Source: Alphaproteobacteria bacterium (GTDB lineage Bacteria; Pseudomonadota; Alphaproteobacteria; Micropepsales; Micropepsaceae). Taken from it: 64,000 nt of DNA. This document shows positions 48,653-60,170 of this stretch, in pieces. The DNA lies in assembly GCA_003158585.1 (NCBI GenBank), contig PMKE01000071.1:10003-74002 (forward strand). Reading direction: 5' to 3'. The position numbers were made by a program, and so were the translations under genes. The notes below the pieces were generated by a model. That model was not told where the DNA came from and did no database searches. It was given only the letters and a program-made list of their open reading frames with translations. Positions within the stretch are counted from its first letter, which is position 1. The number at the start of each line of letters is the position of its first letter.

Positions 48653-49216
48653 ATGAAACGCATCATCTTTTTCTTGGCGGCCTTGCTCGCGCCCGCCCAG
48701 GCGCAAGACATCAGCGATGCGTTCACCGACGCGCCCGACAACGCCAAACAGCACATTGCCTCGGGCTTCGTCTGCCCCTTGCAGCTCGCGGAATTCGAAC
48801 GCGATGCGGTGGGCCAGAAGGATCCCGGCATCGGCGCGGACTACTGCGCCTATTCCGCCCTCGACAGCGTCTACGGCACGATCACGCTGACGCCTCTGCC
48901 GAAGACCTACGATCCCAAGGCGATGCTGGCGCCCGATTTCGCCGTGCAGGAAGGCAGCGGCGGCAGGATGCTGGGCGAGGCCATCGAAGTGCTCGGTCCC
49001 AAGACGGCGCCGCTCTCCGTTTATGTCCGCACCTACGAAACCTCGCGGCTCGCGACCGTGCATTACGAGACGCAGTTCGCCAGCGCCGCGGTTGGCGCCT
49101 GGGTGGTGGAGGTGGAGATCGAATATGCCGCCCCGCGCGACAAGGAACTCCGCGCGAACTTCATGAACGCGGTCTTCGCGCTGGCGCTGGAAAAGATCGC
49201 GGCCCTGCCGCATTAA
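48653..49216 (+). CDS. Secreted hypothetical protein
   Basis: Signal peptide MKRIIFFLAALLAPAQAQD. No recognised family. Confidence 0.6.
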   Translation: MKRIIFFLAALLAPAQAQDISDAFTDAPDNAKQHIASGFVCPLQLAEFERDAVGQKDPGIGADYCAYSALDSVYGTITLTPLPKTYDPKAMLAPDFAVQEGSGGRMLGEAIEVLGPKTAPLSVYVRTYETSRLATVHYETQFASAAVGAWVVEVEIEYAAPRDKELRANFMNAVFALALEKIAALPH

Positions 49217-49305
49217 GCCTCGAACGATTCCACTCCTGAGACGCGCAAGCGAAGTGCGATGCCAAGCGTCTGAAACACAAAGTTCAGATACGTTCTTCCG
49301 GAAGG

Positions 49306-49692
49306 TCACACAGGCTTGACGTTCCGGCGAATCCACTCAGCGAGTTCGTCTTCGCGTATTGAGCCGGAGGCGAGAGAGAGGATTATCAGCACGCATTGCA
49401 CATCGTCGGCCACGAGTTCGAAGCCGTTGAGGTCGAGAAAAGATTCCAACGCCACCAGCGCAATCCGTTTGTTGCCGTCCACGAAGGGATGGTTCTTCGC
49501 CAGCCCGAAAGCATAAGCCGCAGCGAGAGCGGCGGCGTCGGGCTTGCCATAGGCGGCGAGATTCTGCGGGCGTGCGAGCGCCGATTCGTACAGACCTCCG
49601 TCACGGATGCCGGAGGCGCCGCCGTGCTCGGCAAGCTGCTCGTCGTGCGCAGCAAGCAGCACTTTGGGGTCCAGCCAGACCCAATCGCTCAT
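49306..49692 (-). CDS. doc: Doc (death-on-curing) Fic-family toxin
   Basis: Fic/Doc motif NHPFVDGNKRIAL. Confidence 0.9.
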   Translation of the reverse strand: MSDWVWLDPKVLLAAHDEQLAEHGGASGIRDGGLYESALARPQNLAAYGKPDAAALAAAYAFGLAKNHPFVDGNKRIALVALESFLDLNGFELVADDVQCVLIILSLASGSIREDELAEWIRRNVKPV

Positions 49693-49916
49693 TTTGCAAG
49701 CTCGCGAAGCGCATTGCGCCGCTTCTTCATGACGGCTCGCACGGCTTCGAGCTGACGCTCCGTCTCCGGGTCGTAAGGCGTGAGCCGGAATCCGTCCGGG
49801 GCAGAGGTCAGGATCAGCGCGTCGCCTTTTTCCACTTTCAGCGCCGCCAATGCCTCTTTGGGCAGAGTGACGCCGAGGGAATTGCCGATCTGGATGATTT
49901 TCAGTGTTGCGTTCAC
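49689..49916 (-). CDS. AbrB/MazE/SpoVT-fold antitoxin (Phd functional analogue)
   Basis: IIQIGNSLGVTLPKEAL swapped-hairpin motif. Overlaps doc by 4 nt. Confidence 0.85.
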   Translation of the reverse strand: MNATLKIIQIGNSLGVTLPKEALAALKVEKGDALILTSAPDGFRLTPYDPETERQLEAVRAVMKKRRNALRELAK

Positions 49917-49977
49917 GACGGCGTTCTCACATATGTTATAACAAGAAGTTATAACATACGTTCAAACAAGGCAAGCG

Positions 49978-51317
<1,340 letters not shown>

Positions 51318-51453
51318 TTACACCCTGTAATACGCGGAAAACTTCCACTGATATATGTAAAAACAACCTCGCCAACAACCCTTGCGACTTGTGCGCCGAT
51401 TTTCGAGGTTAGGCCGTGGCGCGCCCGCTTCGGGCGGCAGGGCTAAACCGGCT

Positions 51454-51777
51454 ATGACGGCATCGCAAATCCGGCAGGCGGCTCAATGCGCTAGCCTCGA
51501 CGAGTTGCGCACGGAGATCGACCGGCTCGACCGGCTGTTGGTGAAGCTCCTTTCCGAGCGCCAGCGCTATATCGAACGGGCGGCGGAAATCAAATCCCAT
51601 CGCAGGAGCGTGCGCGACGAAGCGCGCATCGCCGACGTGCTGGAGAAGGTTCTGGCGGAGGCCCGCTCGGCCGGGCTCGACCCGGAGATTGCCGGGCCGG
51701 TTTTCCGGACCCTGGTCGAATGTTCGATCGCGCTCGAACTTAGGGCGTTTGATTCTCGGCGCCGAGATAGCTCTTGA
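51454..51777 (+). CDS. Chorismate mutase (AroQ class)
   Basis: LDELRTEIDRLDRLLVKLLSERQRYIERAAEIK. Confidence 0.75.
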   Translation: MTASQIRQAAQCASLDELRTEIDRLDRLLVKLLSERQRYIERAAEIKSHRRSVRDEARIADVLEKVLAEARSAGLDPEIAGPVFRTLVECSIALELRAFDSRRRDSS

Positions 51778-52105
51778 TGAAGGCCTGCACCGCTTCGGCG
51801 TTGCTCTTCATATCCTCGATGGCGATGGAAGCGTTGCCGCGATCCCGCACCGGATCGATGGGTTCGGCTGCCGCCGCCGCATCGGCGAGGCCGAAGGCCC
51901 CGATGCCGCGGGCCGCACCCTTGATGGTGTGGGTGGCTTCCTTCCAGGATTTCGCATCGCTGGAGTCCATGATCGACCGCAAGCGGTCGACCAACTCGGA
52001 GGTCTGCGAATCGAACAGCCTGAGAACTTCGGCGTTAAGCGCTCTGTCGCCGCCGGTGTAGCGGGACAGATGATCGATATCGACTACGGTTTGCCTGCCG
52101 GCCAT
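51740..52105 (-). CDS. Stand-alone Hpt phosphotransfer protein
   Basis: Hpt signature WKEATHTIKGAARGIGA. Confidence 0.75.
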   Translation of the reverse strand: MAGRQTVVDIDHLSRYTGGDRALNAEVLRLFDSQTSELVDRLRSIMDSSDAKSWKEATHTIKGAARGIGAFGLADAAAAAEPIDPVRDRGNASIAIEDMKSNAEAVQAFIKSYLGAENQTP

Positions 52106-52123
52106 GTGCGTGTTCCGTCCAGA

Positions 52124-52182
52124 GCGCAATCCGGCAAAGTGGGAACCGGTTTGCCGTCAGATTGCGCGAAAACAATAACTCT
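52124..52182. repeat. REP-like ~60 bp repeat, copy B
   Basis: gcgcaatccggcaaagtgggaaccggtttgccgtcagattgcgcgaaaacaataact; see copy A at 8475-8535. Confidence 0.7.
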
Positions 52183-52235
52183 CACGCGGCAACAATGACG
52201 CGGCATGGTCAACAGCTCGTTAACGGGGGACGCCT

Positions 52236-52931
52236 TCAGGACGGCAGCCAGTTGTTAGGGAATGGCGACATACTGAATAGGTAATTATGGAAATAGAGCA
52301 GCGCCGCGAACAGCACGGCTGCGACGGAAAAGCGCCAATCGAAATACTCGCTGGCAACGAAGCGGTTGCGCCCGGCGGCGATGGCGGCAAAGGGCAGGTT
52401 CGAGGTCTGGGCGGCTATCGCCCGCCAATGGGCAGGGCGCTTGCGGCGTACTTTGGCGTCGATGACCCTGGTGCCGATTGCGGCAAGGACGAAGAAGGTC
52501 CCGAAGAAGATGACGGAGGCGCCCGTCCCCGACCCCGCCAGATGGAAACCCGACCATAGTGTCGCGCCCCACAGGAAAGGGTGGCGGGTGATGCGCAGCA
52601 CGCCTCGGATGCCCGCGTTCTCCTGGCCCGCCGAGGTGGGATTGCCCATCAGCACGCCCGGTACCGCCAGGGCGAAGGCCAGCGCGAGGACGGGGATCGC
52701 CACGTTCCGCAGCAGCTGACCCGGGTCGAAGAGCACCGGGTTATCCGGGCTCGAAGTGGCGCGATTGTAGGCCATACAGAGCCACACGACGGCCCCCAGC
52801 GACGACACCGCAAACAAGCCGAGATAGGGCTTTTCGCCGATAATCCCCGTGATCGCGTCCCGCAGCCTTGTGCCCGATACCAAGAGGTGGATGCCGAGAA
52901 ACAAACCCGCCGCCGCGATCAGTCCGGTCAT
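52236..52931 (-). CDS. NnrU-family membrane protein
   Basis: Multi-TM protein with GIHLLVSGTRLR and ITRHPFLWG motifs. Confidence 0.7.
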   Translation of the reverse strand: MTGLIAAAGLFLGIHLLVSGTRLRDAITGIIGEKPYLGLFAVSSLGAVVWLCMAYNRATSSPDNPVLFDPGQLLRNVAIPVLALAFALAVPGVLMGNPTSAGQENAGIRGVLRITRHPFLWGATLWSGFHLAGSGTGASVIFFGTFFVLAAIGTRVIDAKVRRKRPAHWRAIAAQTSNLPFAAIAAGRNRFVASEYFDWRFSVAAVLFAALLYFHNYLFSMSPFPNNWLPS

Positions 52932-53070
52932 GACAAATCCCCCAATGTTCGCCGCCGAAGGCAATGGCGCGTCATGGCCCCGCAAGCTGGTGCAAAACCC
53001 TCGGGGGCGCTATCGCACCGAGGCTATCGTATGGTTAAACTCCCGGCCAAGACAGAACTTCGAGGAAGTC

Positions 53071-55098
53071 ATGGTGACGGCCCCCGACCGCAATCAGCCG
53101 ATTCTTGTGCAGCCCGCCGATCCTGCCGGTGAAGAGCAGGAACTCCGCCGGCACCGCGCCGAAGGCGCCACCAAGTTCGGTATCGCCACGATGGTGTTCG
53201 CCGTCACGTTGGCGGCGTTCTGGGCCGGAGCAGCGGGGGCTTATCTGTTGGGCTTGTTCGGTCCGGCGGGGCTGGCCGCTCTCGACGTGCAGCAGATCGC
53301 CCTCTTCTTGGCGGCGACCTTCGTGCCGCCGCTGTTGTTCGTGGCGGCCGCCTGGGCACTGGCCCGCGGGCAGGCGATGTCGAACGCGGCCGAGGCCATG
53401 GTCGAAGCGACCGACCGGCTGTTCTCCGCCGACGAGACCGCCTCGCGCACCACGGCAAGGCTCGGGCGCGCGGTGCGTCGCGAGCTCGACGCGCTGAACG
53501 CCGGACTCGACGGCGCCTTCACGCGGCTGAGGGCTTTGGAGAGCGTGCTCGAAAGTCAGATTACCGCGCTCGACGAAGCGGGCGCGCGCATCGACGTGCG
53601 CGGCGAAGCGCTGACGGCGCGCATGACGCAGGAACGCGAGCGCATGGAGAACATGGCGGGTTCCCTCTCGGATACCGCCGCGCGGGCCGGCGAGATCGTG
53701 GCGGGGCGGGTGGCGCAGCTCAAATCCACCATCGAAGCGGCCGAGTCCTCGCTGCGCACGGCGGGCCAGTCGCTGGACAGCCAGGCGACGAATTTCCGTC
53801 AGGCGGCGGGAGCCGCAGCCGATGCTCCGCATGCCGCCGCCGTCGAACTCGACAACCAGGCCAAACGCATCGAAGCCGTCGCCGACTCGGCGATGGCGCG
53901 CGCCGAATTCGTACTCGGGCGCCAGGAGCGCCACCGCGCGGCCATGAACGAGTTGATGCAGCGGCTCAAGGACGACAGCGCGTCCTTCGAGAACGCGCTT
54001 GCCGCCGAACGCGTCACGATGGAGCAGGCGATCGCGGCCTTCGGCAGCGAAACGCAGAAGCTCGAAGCGATGACGGGCGACACCGAACGCCATCTCGAAG
54101 CGATCATGACCAACGCCTCGGCGCGCACCGCCCAGCTGGTGCAGACCTTCGCGCGCGAAGGCGAGCGGCTGCGCGAGATCAGCCAGGCGGCCGACAATAC
54201 CATCGGCCATCTCATCGCGGCGCTCCAGGAAGCCGGAGCAGGCGCGCAGACGCTGATCGGAGAAACGGCGAACCAGGCCAAGTCGGACGCCAAGGCGCTG
54301 GTCGGCGAGGCGATGGTCGAATGCGAGCGCCTCTTGCGCACGGCGAACGAGCTTTCCGCCGAAGCGGCGGAGATTCGCACCACGCTGGCCAAGGCGGTGG
54401 ACGACGTGCAGCACCATCTCTTGACCCTGCCCGGCATCGCGCAGCAGGAAGCGCAGCGCGTGCGCCAGATGGTCCGTACCGAGACGGAAGAAATTCTCGA
54501 TCTCTCGGCGCGTACGCTGTCGACCATCCATGCGCGCACGGCGGCACACCCGACGCCCCGCGACAAAGGGGCCGAGCCGGTGGAAGCCGAGAGCGAAGGG
54601 CTGCGCGGCCTGGCGCGCCGGTTCACTCAGCGCTCCAAACGCGGGACCGACGAAAACAAGCCCAAAAGCTGGCAGATGAGCACTTTGCTCGCGGCAGCTG
54701 AGACCGGCGAGAACCGCAAGGATCTGAAACCGGCCGCGGCGGCGGCCTTGGGCGCGCTGCAGGCCGCGCTCAACGACATGGCTATCGACCTCGACGCCAT
54801 CTCGACGGAATCCGCGCCGCACGAAGACGAATGGCGGCGGTATCTCGCGGGCGACCGCGCGGTATTCGCGCGCAAGCTCGCCGGCGCTCTCGATCAGGAC
54901 GCCGTCCACCGCATCGCCACGCTCTATCGCGAGAACGAACGCTTCCGGGACGCGGCGAACGCCTATATGGAAGATTTCGAGTCGCTGCTTACCCATGCCC
55001 GCGAGGGCGACGGCAACGGGCTGCTCGCCTCCACCATCCTGTCGGCGGACACCGGCAAGATCTATCTCACCATCGCCTACGCGCTGGGACGGCTGTAG
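53071..55098 (+). CDS. Membrane-anchored long coiled-coil protein (hypothetical)
   Basis: Two N-terminal TM helices followed by ~550 aa of Ala/Glu/Arg/Gln-rich heptad-like sequence. Confidence 0.6.
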   Translation: MVTAPDRNQPILVQPADPAGEEQELRRHRAEGATKFGIATMVFAVTLAAFWAGAAGAYLLGLFGPAGLAALDVQQIALFLAATFVPPLLFVAAAWALARGQAMSNAAEAMVEATDRLFSADETASRTTARLGRAVRRELDALNAGLDGAFTRLRALESVLESQITALDEAGARIDVRGEALTARMTQERERMENMAGSLSDTAARAGEIVAGRVAQLKSTIEAAESSLRTAGQSLDSQATNFRQAAGAAADAPHAAAVELDNQAKRIEAVADSAMARAEFVLGRQERHRAAMNELMQRLKDDSASFENALAAERVTMEQAIAAFGSETQKLEAMTGDTERHLEAIMTNASARTAQLVQTFAREGERLREISQAADNTIGHLIAALQEAGAGAQTLIGETANQAKSDAKALVGEAMVECERLLRTANELSAEAAEIRTTLAKAVDDVQHHLLTLPGIAQQEAQRVRQMVRTETEEILDLSARTLSTIHARTAAHPTPRDKGAEPVEAESEGLRGLARRFTQRSKRGTDENKPKSWQMSTLLAAAETGENRKDLKPAAAAALGALQAALNDMAIDLDAISTESAPHEDEWRRYLAGDRAVFARKLAGALDQDAVHRIATLYRENERFRDAANAYMEDFESLLTHAREGDGNGLLASTILSADTGKIYLTIAYALGRL

Positions 55099-55125
55099 AG
55101 CTGGGGCTCTTCGCACCCCCACTAT

Positions 55126-55251
55126 TGTCATGGCCCGCGAATGCGGGCCATCCAGTTGGCACATACTCGGGCCCATCTAATTGAAGCGGAGCTTTTTATC
55201 TGTAAGTGAGCCTGCTTTACCTGGATGGCCCGCACTAGGCGGGCCATGACA
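55126..55251. repeat. Inverted pair of GC-rich hairpin units (REP/MITE-like) between convergent genes
   Basis: tgtcatggcccgc-gaat-gcgggccatccag (55126-55155) and ctggatggcccgc-actag-gcgggccatgaca (55221-55251) are reverse complements. Each also forms a 7-bp (GGCCCGC/GCGGGCC) stem. Confidence 0.75.
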
Positions 55252-55305
55252 GTGAGGGTTTGTGCGTCATCCTGAAAGCAAGCAGCTCTAGGATTGAAAA
55301 GGTGA

Positions 55306-56580
55306 TTATCGAACCCGCTTCAGCCGTGCAGCGTAGAATCCATCCATGCCGCCGCGCGCCGCGAGGTGGCACGGCAGCGTTCTGAGATCGCCGCCTGCGA
55401 TCAGTTCTTCGAGGCCGAAGATTTCCTGCGGCTCGACCGGCAGGCGCACGAATTCCGTGTGACGTCGAAGAAAGTCCTCGACCTGTTCGGGGCCCTCTTC
55501 GCGTTCGAGCGAGCAGACGGCGAAGACCAGCAGCCCATCCTTGGCCACCATGTCCGCCGCTGCGTCCAGCAGTTCGCCCGCCGCCTGGGCGCACAGCATG
55601 ACGTCGCTGGCATTCTTGATCCACGGCAGTTCGGGATGGCGGCGAATGGTTCCGCTGGCGCTGCACGGCGCATCGAGCAGCACGAAAGGCGCAGGTTCTT
55701 TCGGCCGCCAGTCGCGCGCATCTTCGACGACAAGCTCTGCCTTCAGCCGCAGGCGATTCAAATTCTCTTCGAGTTGCGCCATGCGTGACACCTCGCGCTC
55801 GACGGCGACGACGTTGGCACCCATAGAGGTGAGCTGTGCCGTCTTACCGCCCGGCGCGGCGCAAAGGTCGATGACGGTCCGGCCGCGCACCTCGCCGAAC
55901 AGCAGTGCGGGCAGGGTCGCCGCCGCGTCCTGCACCCACCAGTTTCCTTCGGCATATCCGGGCATGGCATCCACGCGCGCGGATTCCTGCATGCGATAGA
56001 CCGGACCGAATAGAGGTTCGGCTCCGGCGATCTCACTCGCCTCTTTCGTCACGATGTCGAGCGGGGGCACGCTTTGATGGGCGGCGGCGATGGCGCGCGT
56101 CGTTTCCTCGCCATAGCTCTCGCACCAGCGCTGCCACAGCCAGTCGGGCGTGTTGAGCCGCGCCGCGTCTTGTGCGGCGACGATTGCTTTGCCTTCGCGC
56201 GAAGCGCGCCGCAGCACCGCATTGATGAGAGGCTTGAAATGCACCGCCTTGCCGTCGGCCTGCGCCAGGCGGTTGGCGCCGTCCACCGCGGCGTGCGCGG
56301 GCACGCCGAGGAAGACAAGCTCACACGCACCGGCCAGCAATATTTCGGGAACCGGGCCCGCCCGGTTGCGCGCCGGCGGCTTGGGCACGAAGGCGCGGAT
56401 CAAGGCCTCGAGCTGGCCGAAGCGGCGCAGGGTTTCGCCGGCGATGGCGCGGGCGAATCCGGCATCGCGCGGCTCCAATCCCGCCGTCGCGGCGAGCGCC
56501 GCATCGAACGGGCGGCGCTTGCGCAGCACCTCGCTGAGAATGGCCTGAGCTGCAAGCCGCGCGGGTTGGCCCGCGCTCAA
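55306..56580 (-). CDS. rsmB: 16S rRNA (cytosine967-C5)-methyltransferase RsmB/Sun family
   Basis: NusB-like N-terminus, [13 protein letters not shown] motif, [17 protein letters not shown] and [11 protein letters not shown]. Confidence 0.85.
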   Translation of the reverse strand: MSAGQPARLAAQAILSEVLRKRRPFDAALAATAGLEPRDAGFARAIAGETLRRFGQLEALIRAFVPKPPARNRAGPVPEILLAGACELVFLGVPAHAAVDGANRLAQADGKAVHFKPLINAVLRRASREGKAIVAAQDAARLNTPDWLWQRWCESYGEETTRAIAAAHQSVPPLDIVTKEASEIAGAEPLFGPVYRMQESARVDAMPGYAEGNWWVQDAAATLPALLFGEVRGRTVIDLCAAPGGKTAQLTSMGANVVAVEREVSRMAQLEENLNRLRLKAELVVEDARDWRPKEPAPFVLLDAPCSASGTIRRHPELPWIKNASDVMLCAQAAGELLDAAADMVAKDGLLVFAVCSLEREEGPEQVEDFLRRHTEFVRLPVEPQEIFGLEELIAGGDLRTLPCHLAARGGMDGFYAARLKRVR

Positions 56581-57437
56581 CCCCAGGGACCCGTCGGTTT
56601 GGCGGGCAGGTTCGCCATGGCGCGCAGCCTTGCGATGCGTTCCTCGGTCGGGGGATGGCTGGAGAAGAGGCCCGACAGTCCGCCGCCGGACAAGGGATTG
56701 ACGATGAACATATGCGCCGTGGCGGGATTGGAGTCGGCTTCGGGATTCTGTGTTACCTCGGCCGCGCTATCGATATGGGAAAGGGCGGAGGCGAGCCACA
56801 GCGGGTGCCTGGTGATTTCCGCGCCCGCCTTGTCGGCTTCGAATTCGCGCGTGCGGCTGATGGTGGCCTGCACCAACAGAGCGGCAATCGGTGCCATGAT
56901 GGAGATCAAGATCACGCCCAGGATGCCGAGCGGATTGCGCCGTCCGCCGAAGAACAGCGCGAAATTCGCCAGCATGGAGACGGCACCTGCGATAGTCGCG
57001 GTGATGGTCATGGTCAGCGTGTCGCGGTTTTTCACATGCCCCAACTCGTGCGCCAAGACGCCCGCCAGTTCCTCGTCGCTGACGCGATTGAGAAGCCCGG
57101 TGGTGACGCATACCGCGGCGTGCTCGGGATTGCGCCCCGTGGCGAAGGCATTCGGCTGTTCGTTCTCGACGATGCAGACTCGCGGCATCGGCAGTCCGGC
57201 GGCTTCGCTGAGGCGCCGCACGATGGAAACCAGCTTCGGCGCCGTCTGTTCGTCAACCGGGCGCGCGCCGTACATCGACAGCACGATCCTGTCGGAATTC
57301 CAGTAGGCAAAGGCGTTGGTGCCCGCGGCGAACACGAAGGCGATCAGCATTCCTGCCATACCGCCGAGGAGGAATCCCACCGCGACGAAGAGCCCCGTCA
57401 GGCCTGCCATCAGGATGCCGGTACGCAAGCTGTTCAC
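56577..57437 (-). CDS. htpX: Zinc metalloprotease HtpX
   Basis: [10 protein letters not shown] zinc motif and four TM helices. Confidence 0.9.
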   Translation of the reverse strand: MNSLRTGILMAGLTGLFVAVGFLLGGMAGMLIAFVFAAGTNAFAYWNSDRIVLSMYGARPVDEQTAPKLVSIVRRLSEAAGLPMPRVCIVENEQPNAFATGRNPEHAAVCVTTGLLNRVSDEELAGVLAHELGHVKNRDTLTMTITATIAGAVSMLANFALFFGGRRNPLGILGVILISIMAPIAALLVQATISRTREFEADKAGAEITRHPLWLASALSHIDSAAEVTQNPEADSNPATAHMFIVNPLSGGGLSGLFSSHPPTEERIARLRAMANLPAKPTGPWG

Positions 57438-57508
57438 GAACTGCCTTGGGGCTGGAGCTTCGGCTTAGATGTATGCTGTAACCCTGACGCGTCAAGGAGT
57501 TGCGCAGC

Positions 57509-57730
57509 TTGGGCAAGCCCCGAAAAGCCAAAGACAAAGCCGCAGCAAATGAGAAGCTCGTCAAGGCGCGCATCGCCGAAGCGGCAAAGCGTGCCCTCAA
57601 GGAGGCCGAGGAGCGCCGCAGCTCGGCGGCCGCAGTGCCGGAGCTGCCCAAGGAACGCGGTGGCCAGAAGGGTCCGGAGCCAACCCGTTATGGCGACTGG
57701 GAAAAAAAGGGCATCATCTCGGATTTCTGA
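57509..57730 (+). CDS. DUF1674 (SdhAF4-like) small protein
   Basis: C-terminal PEPTRYGDWEKKGIISDF. TTG 57509 lies 9 nt after AAGGAG, and the ORF also opens at TTG 57500. Confidence 0.6.
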   Translation: MGKPRKAKDKAAANEKLVKARIAEAAKRALKEAEERRSSAAAVPELPKERGGQKGPEPTRYGDWEKKGIISDF

Positions 57731-57799
57731 CTGCCTTGATCCGGCCTTGCCCCGGGTCCATGTAAGAGACGAATTGGAACCGCTCTAGAAAGTGTACAG

Positions 57800-58360
57800 A
57801 TGTTCATTCAGACCGAGTCGACGCCGAACCCGGCGACCTTGAAATTCCTGCCGGGCCGCGAAGTCATGGGCGAAGGACGGGTGGCGGATTTTGCTTCGCG
57901 CGAAGCGGCCGAGCGTTCGCCATTGGCCCGCGCTCTGTTCGAGACGCCGGAAGTAAGCCGCGTCTTCTTCGGCGCCGATTTCATCGCCGTTACCCAGACG
58001 GGCGGCGACTGGAAGACTCTGAAGCCCGCCATCCTCGGCGCCATCATGGAGCATTTCACGCGCGGCCTGCCGCTAATCGGGGCCGAGGCGGAGGAGACGG
58101 ACTCGCAGGCGGCGGACAGCGGCGATTCCGAGATCGTGGCGCAGATCAAGGACCTGATCGAAACGCGGGTGCGACCGGCCGTGGCGCAGGACGGCGGCGA
58201 CATCATCTTCCGGGGCTTCGACGAGGCATCGGGCATCGTCTTCCTGCACATGCGCGGGGCCTGCGCCGGCTGTCCGTCCTCCACCATGACGCTGAAAAAC
58301 GGTATCGAGAACATGCTGCGTCATTACGTGCCCGAAGTGAGCGCCGTCGAAGCAGTTTGA
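57800..58360 (+). CDS. NifU/Nfu-type Fe-S cluster scaffold protein
   Basis: MFIQTESTPNPATLKFLPG (Nfu N-terminal domain) and the CAGCPSSTMTLKNGIENML CxxC motif. Confidence 0.85.
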   Translation: MFIQTESTPNPATLKFLPGREVMGEGRVADFASREAAERSPLARALFETPEVSRVFFGADFIAVTQTGGDWKTLKPAILGAIMEHFTRGLPLIGAEAEETDSQAADSGDSEIVAQIKDLIETRVRPAVAQDGGDIIFRGFDEASGIVFLHMRGACAGCPSSTMTLKNGIENMLRHYVPEVSAVEAV

Positions 58361-58415
58361 ACAGCGCTTCATTGTCTGCGATTTTTGCCTGCCGCCGATT
58401 CGCAGAGGATGTGCC

Positions 58416-59000
58416 GTGGCCATCAACGACGAAGCGCTTGACGTCATCTTCCGCGCCGCGCGCACCCACAACCGCTGGCAGGACAAGCCCGTCAGTCCGG
58501 CGCTGCTGATGGCGATCTACGATCTAATGCGCTGGGGACCGACCACGGCCAATTCCACTCCCTTGCGCATCGTCTATGTCGTCTCGCAAGCGGCCAAGGA
58601 GAAGCTGAAGCCGCATCTCGATGCGAGCAATGTGAAGAAGACAATGGCGGCGCCCGCCACCGCCATCCTCGGCTACGATCTCGACTTCGCCCGCCATCTG
58701 GGACGGCTCTATCCCCGCGACCCGGAGGCGCCAAACTGGTTTACCGATCCCGAGAAGGCGAAGACCGCGGCGTTTCGCAACGCCGGCATTCAAGGGGGAT
58801 ATTTCATCGTCGCGGCGCGCGCTTTGGGTCTCGATTGCGGGCCGATGTCCGGCTTCGACAATGCGGGCGTCGATCGGGCTTTCTTTGCCGGCACGGCCGT
58901 CAAATCGAATTTCCTCTGCAATCTGGGCTACGGCGATCCTTCCGGCGTGCGTCCGCGCGGCCCGAGATTGTCGTTTGACGAGGCGTGCAGGATTGTCTGA
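58416..59000 (+). CDS. Nitroreductase-family protein (RutE/malonic semialdehyde reductase-like)
   Basis: IFRAARTHNRWQDKPV, WGPTTANSTPLRIV and the expected size. Confidence 0.75.
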   Translation: MAINDEALDVIFRAARTHNRWQDKPVSPALLMAIYDLMRWGPTTANSTPLRIVYVVSQAAKEKLKPHLDASNVKKTMAAPATAILGYDLDFARHLGRLYPRDPEAPNWFTDPEKAKTAAFRNAGIQGGYFIVAARALGLDCGPMSGFDNAGVDRAFFAGTAVKSNFLCNLGYGDPSGVRPRGPRLSFDEACRIV

Positions 59001-59652
59001 ACCACGCATCCTCGCCGTCGATACCGCGCTCGGCGCCTGTTCCGCCGCGCTGGTGGAAGGCGATCGCGTTCTTTCCCGTCGCCATGTGGCAATTGAGCGT
59101 GGCCACGCCGAAATCTTGGCGCCTATGGTGGAAGAAGTGATGCGCGAAGCATCGTGTCCGTTTTCGCGCCTCGACCGGCTCGCAGTGACCACGGGTCCCG
59201 GAACCTTCACGGGCCAGCGCGTCGGCCTCTCCTTCATGCGCGGGTTGCGCGTCGCGCTGGACAAGCCGCTCTTGGGCGTGACGAGTCTGGCGGCGATGGC
59301 CGAACAGGCGCGCTGCGAAGCGAAGGCGGAATGCGCCGCTGCCGTGCACGATGCGCGCCGCGGCGAAATCTATTTGGAAGCGGTGGGACACACGATTCCC
59401 GTGCAGCTTGTCGCGTTCGAGACGGCACTGTCTCTGCTTGAGGGAATTGCGAACCTCGTCGTCGCGGGCACGGCGGCGCCGCGCCTCGTCGAGGCGTTGA
59501 AGCACCGTGGCCATGCGGTACGCCTGTCGCCGGTCACGGCGCCGGATGCGGTGTGGGTGGCGCGCCTGTCGCAGTGTCTCGAAGCGAATGAGACTGTGCC
59601 GCGTCCGCTCTATCTGCGGGCACCCGATGCAAAGCTTCCGTTACAACGATGA
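58993..59652 (+). CDS. tsaB: tRNA t6A biosynthesis protein TsaB
   Basis: ILAVDTALGACSAAL and VTTGPGTFTGQRVGLSF. TTG 58993 was chosen as start. Confidence 0.8.
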   Translation: MSEPRILAVDTALGACSAALVEGDRVLSRRHVAIERGHAEILAPMVEEVMREASCPFSRLDRLAVTTGPGTFTGQRVGLSFMRGLRVALDKPLLGVTSLAAMAEQARCEAKAECAAAVHDARRGEIYLEAVGHTIPVQLVAFETALSLLEGIANLVVAGTAAPRLVEALKHRGHAVRLSPVTAPDAVWVARLSQCLEANETVPRPLYLRAPDAKLPLQR

Positions 59653-60113
59653 GAATGCGTCTACTTGAAGATATTTCGCAGGGTGAAATTCTCGCCGCGC
59701 TGCATGCCAAGTGCTTCGCCGAAACCTGGAGTGCGGCGTGGATCGCAAGCCTGTTGGCGCAGCCCGGTACCTTTGCCTGCCTTGCCGAGGACGGATCGGG
59801 ATTCATCCTCATTCGCGTTGCCGGGGACGAGTCGGAGGTTCTCACCCTGGCCGTGGAACCTGCGTCTCGACGCCGCGGGATAGGTACCGCCCTGGTTGCA
59901 GCCGGTGCCGGCGAGGCAGCCGGACGGGGTGCCAAACGCCTTTTTCTGGAGGTCGCAAGCACGAATTTCGCAGCCGGAGCGCTGTATAGGCGGCTTGGAT
60001 TTGCAGAGGTTGGGCGCCGAAAAGATTATTACACCACCGCAGATGGAGGTCGGGAGGAAGCCCTGGTTTTACTTGTGGAAATTCCACTCCTCCGGGTGGA
60101 AAACTGCGGCTAG
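59649..60113 (+). CDS. rimI: Ribosomal-protein-alanine N-acetyltransferase
   Basis: GNAT motif A VEPASRRRGIGTALV. Follows tsaB with a 4-nt overlap. Confidence 0.8.
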   Translation: MRMRLLEDISQGEILAALHAKCFAETWSAAWIASLLAQPGTFACLAEDGSGFILIRVAGDESEVLTLAVEPASRRRGIGTALVAAGAGEAAGRGAKRLFLEVASTNFAAGALYRRLGFAEVGRRKDYYTTADGGREEALVLLVEIPLLRVENCG

Positions 60114-60170
60114 TTGGATTAGAGTCTCATTACTAATCGCAAAGGGGCAGAACATTCCCGAGGGTGAACT

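Noticed and set aside
53035-55176. A 713-aa ORF antisense to the coiled-coil protein
   Set aside because: Mirror-image artefact of a repetitive Ala/Glu/Arg-rich gene. The plus-strand frame has TM helices and a heptad-like pattern.
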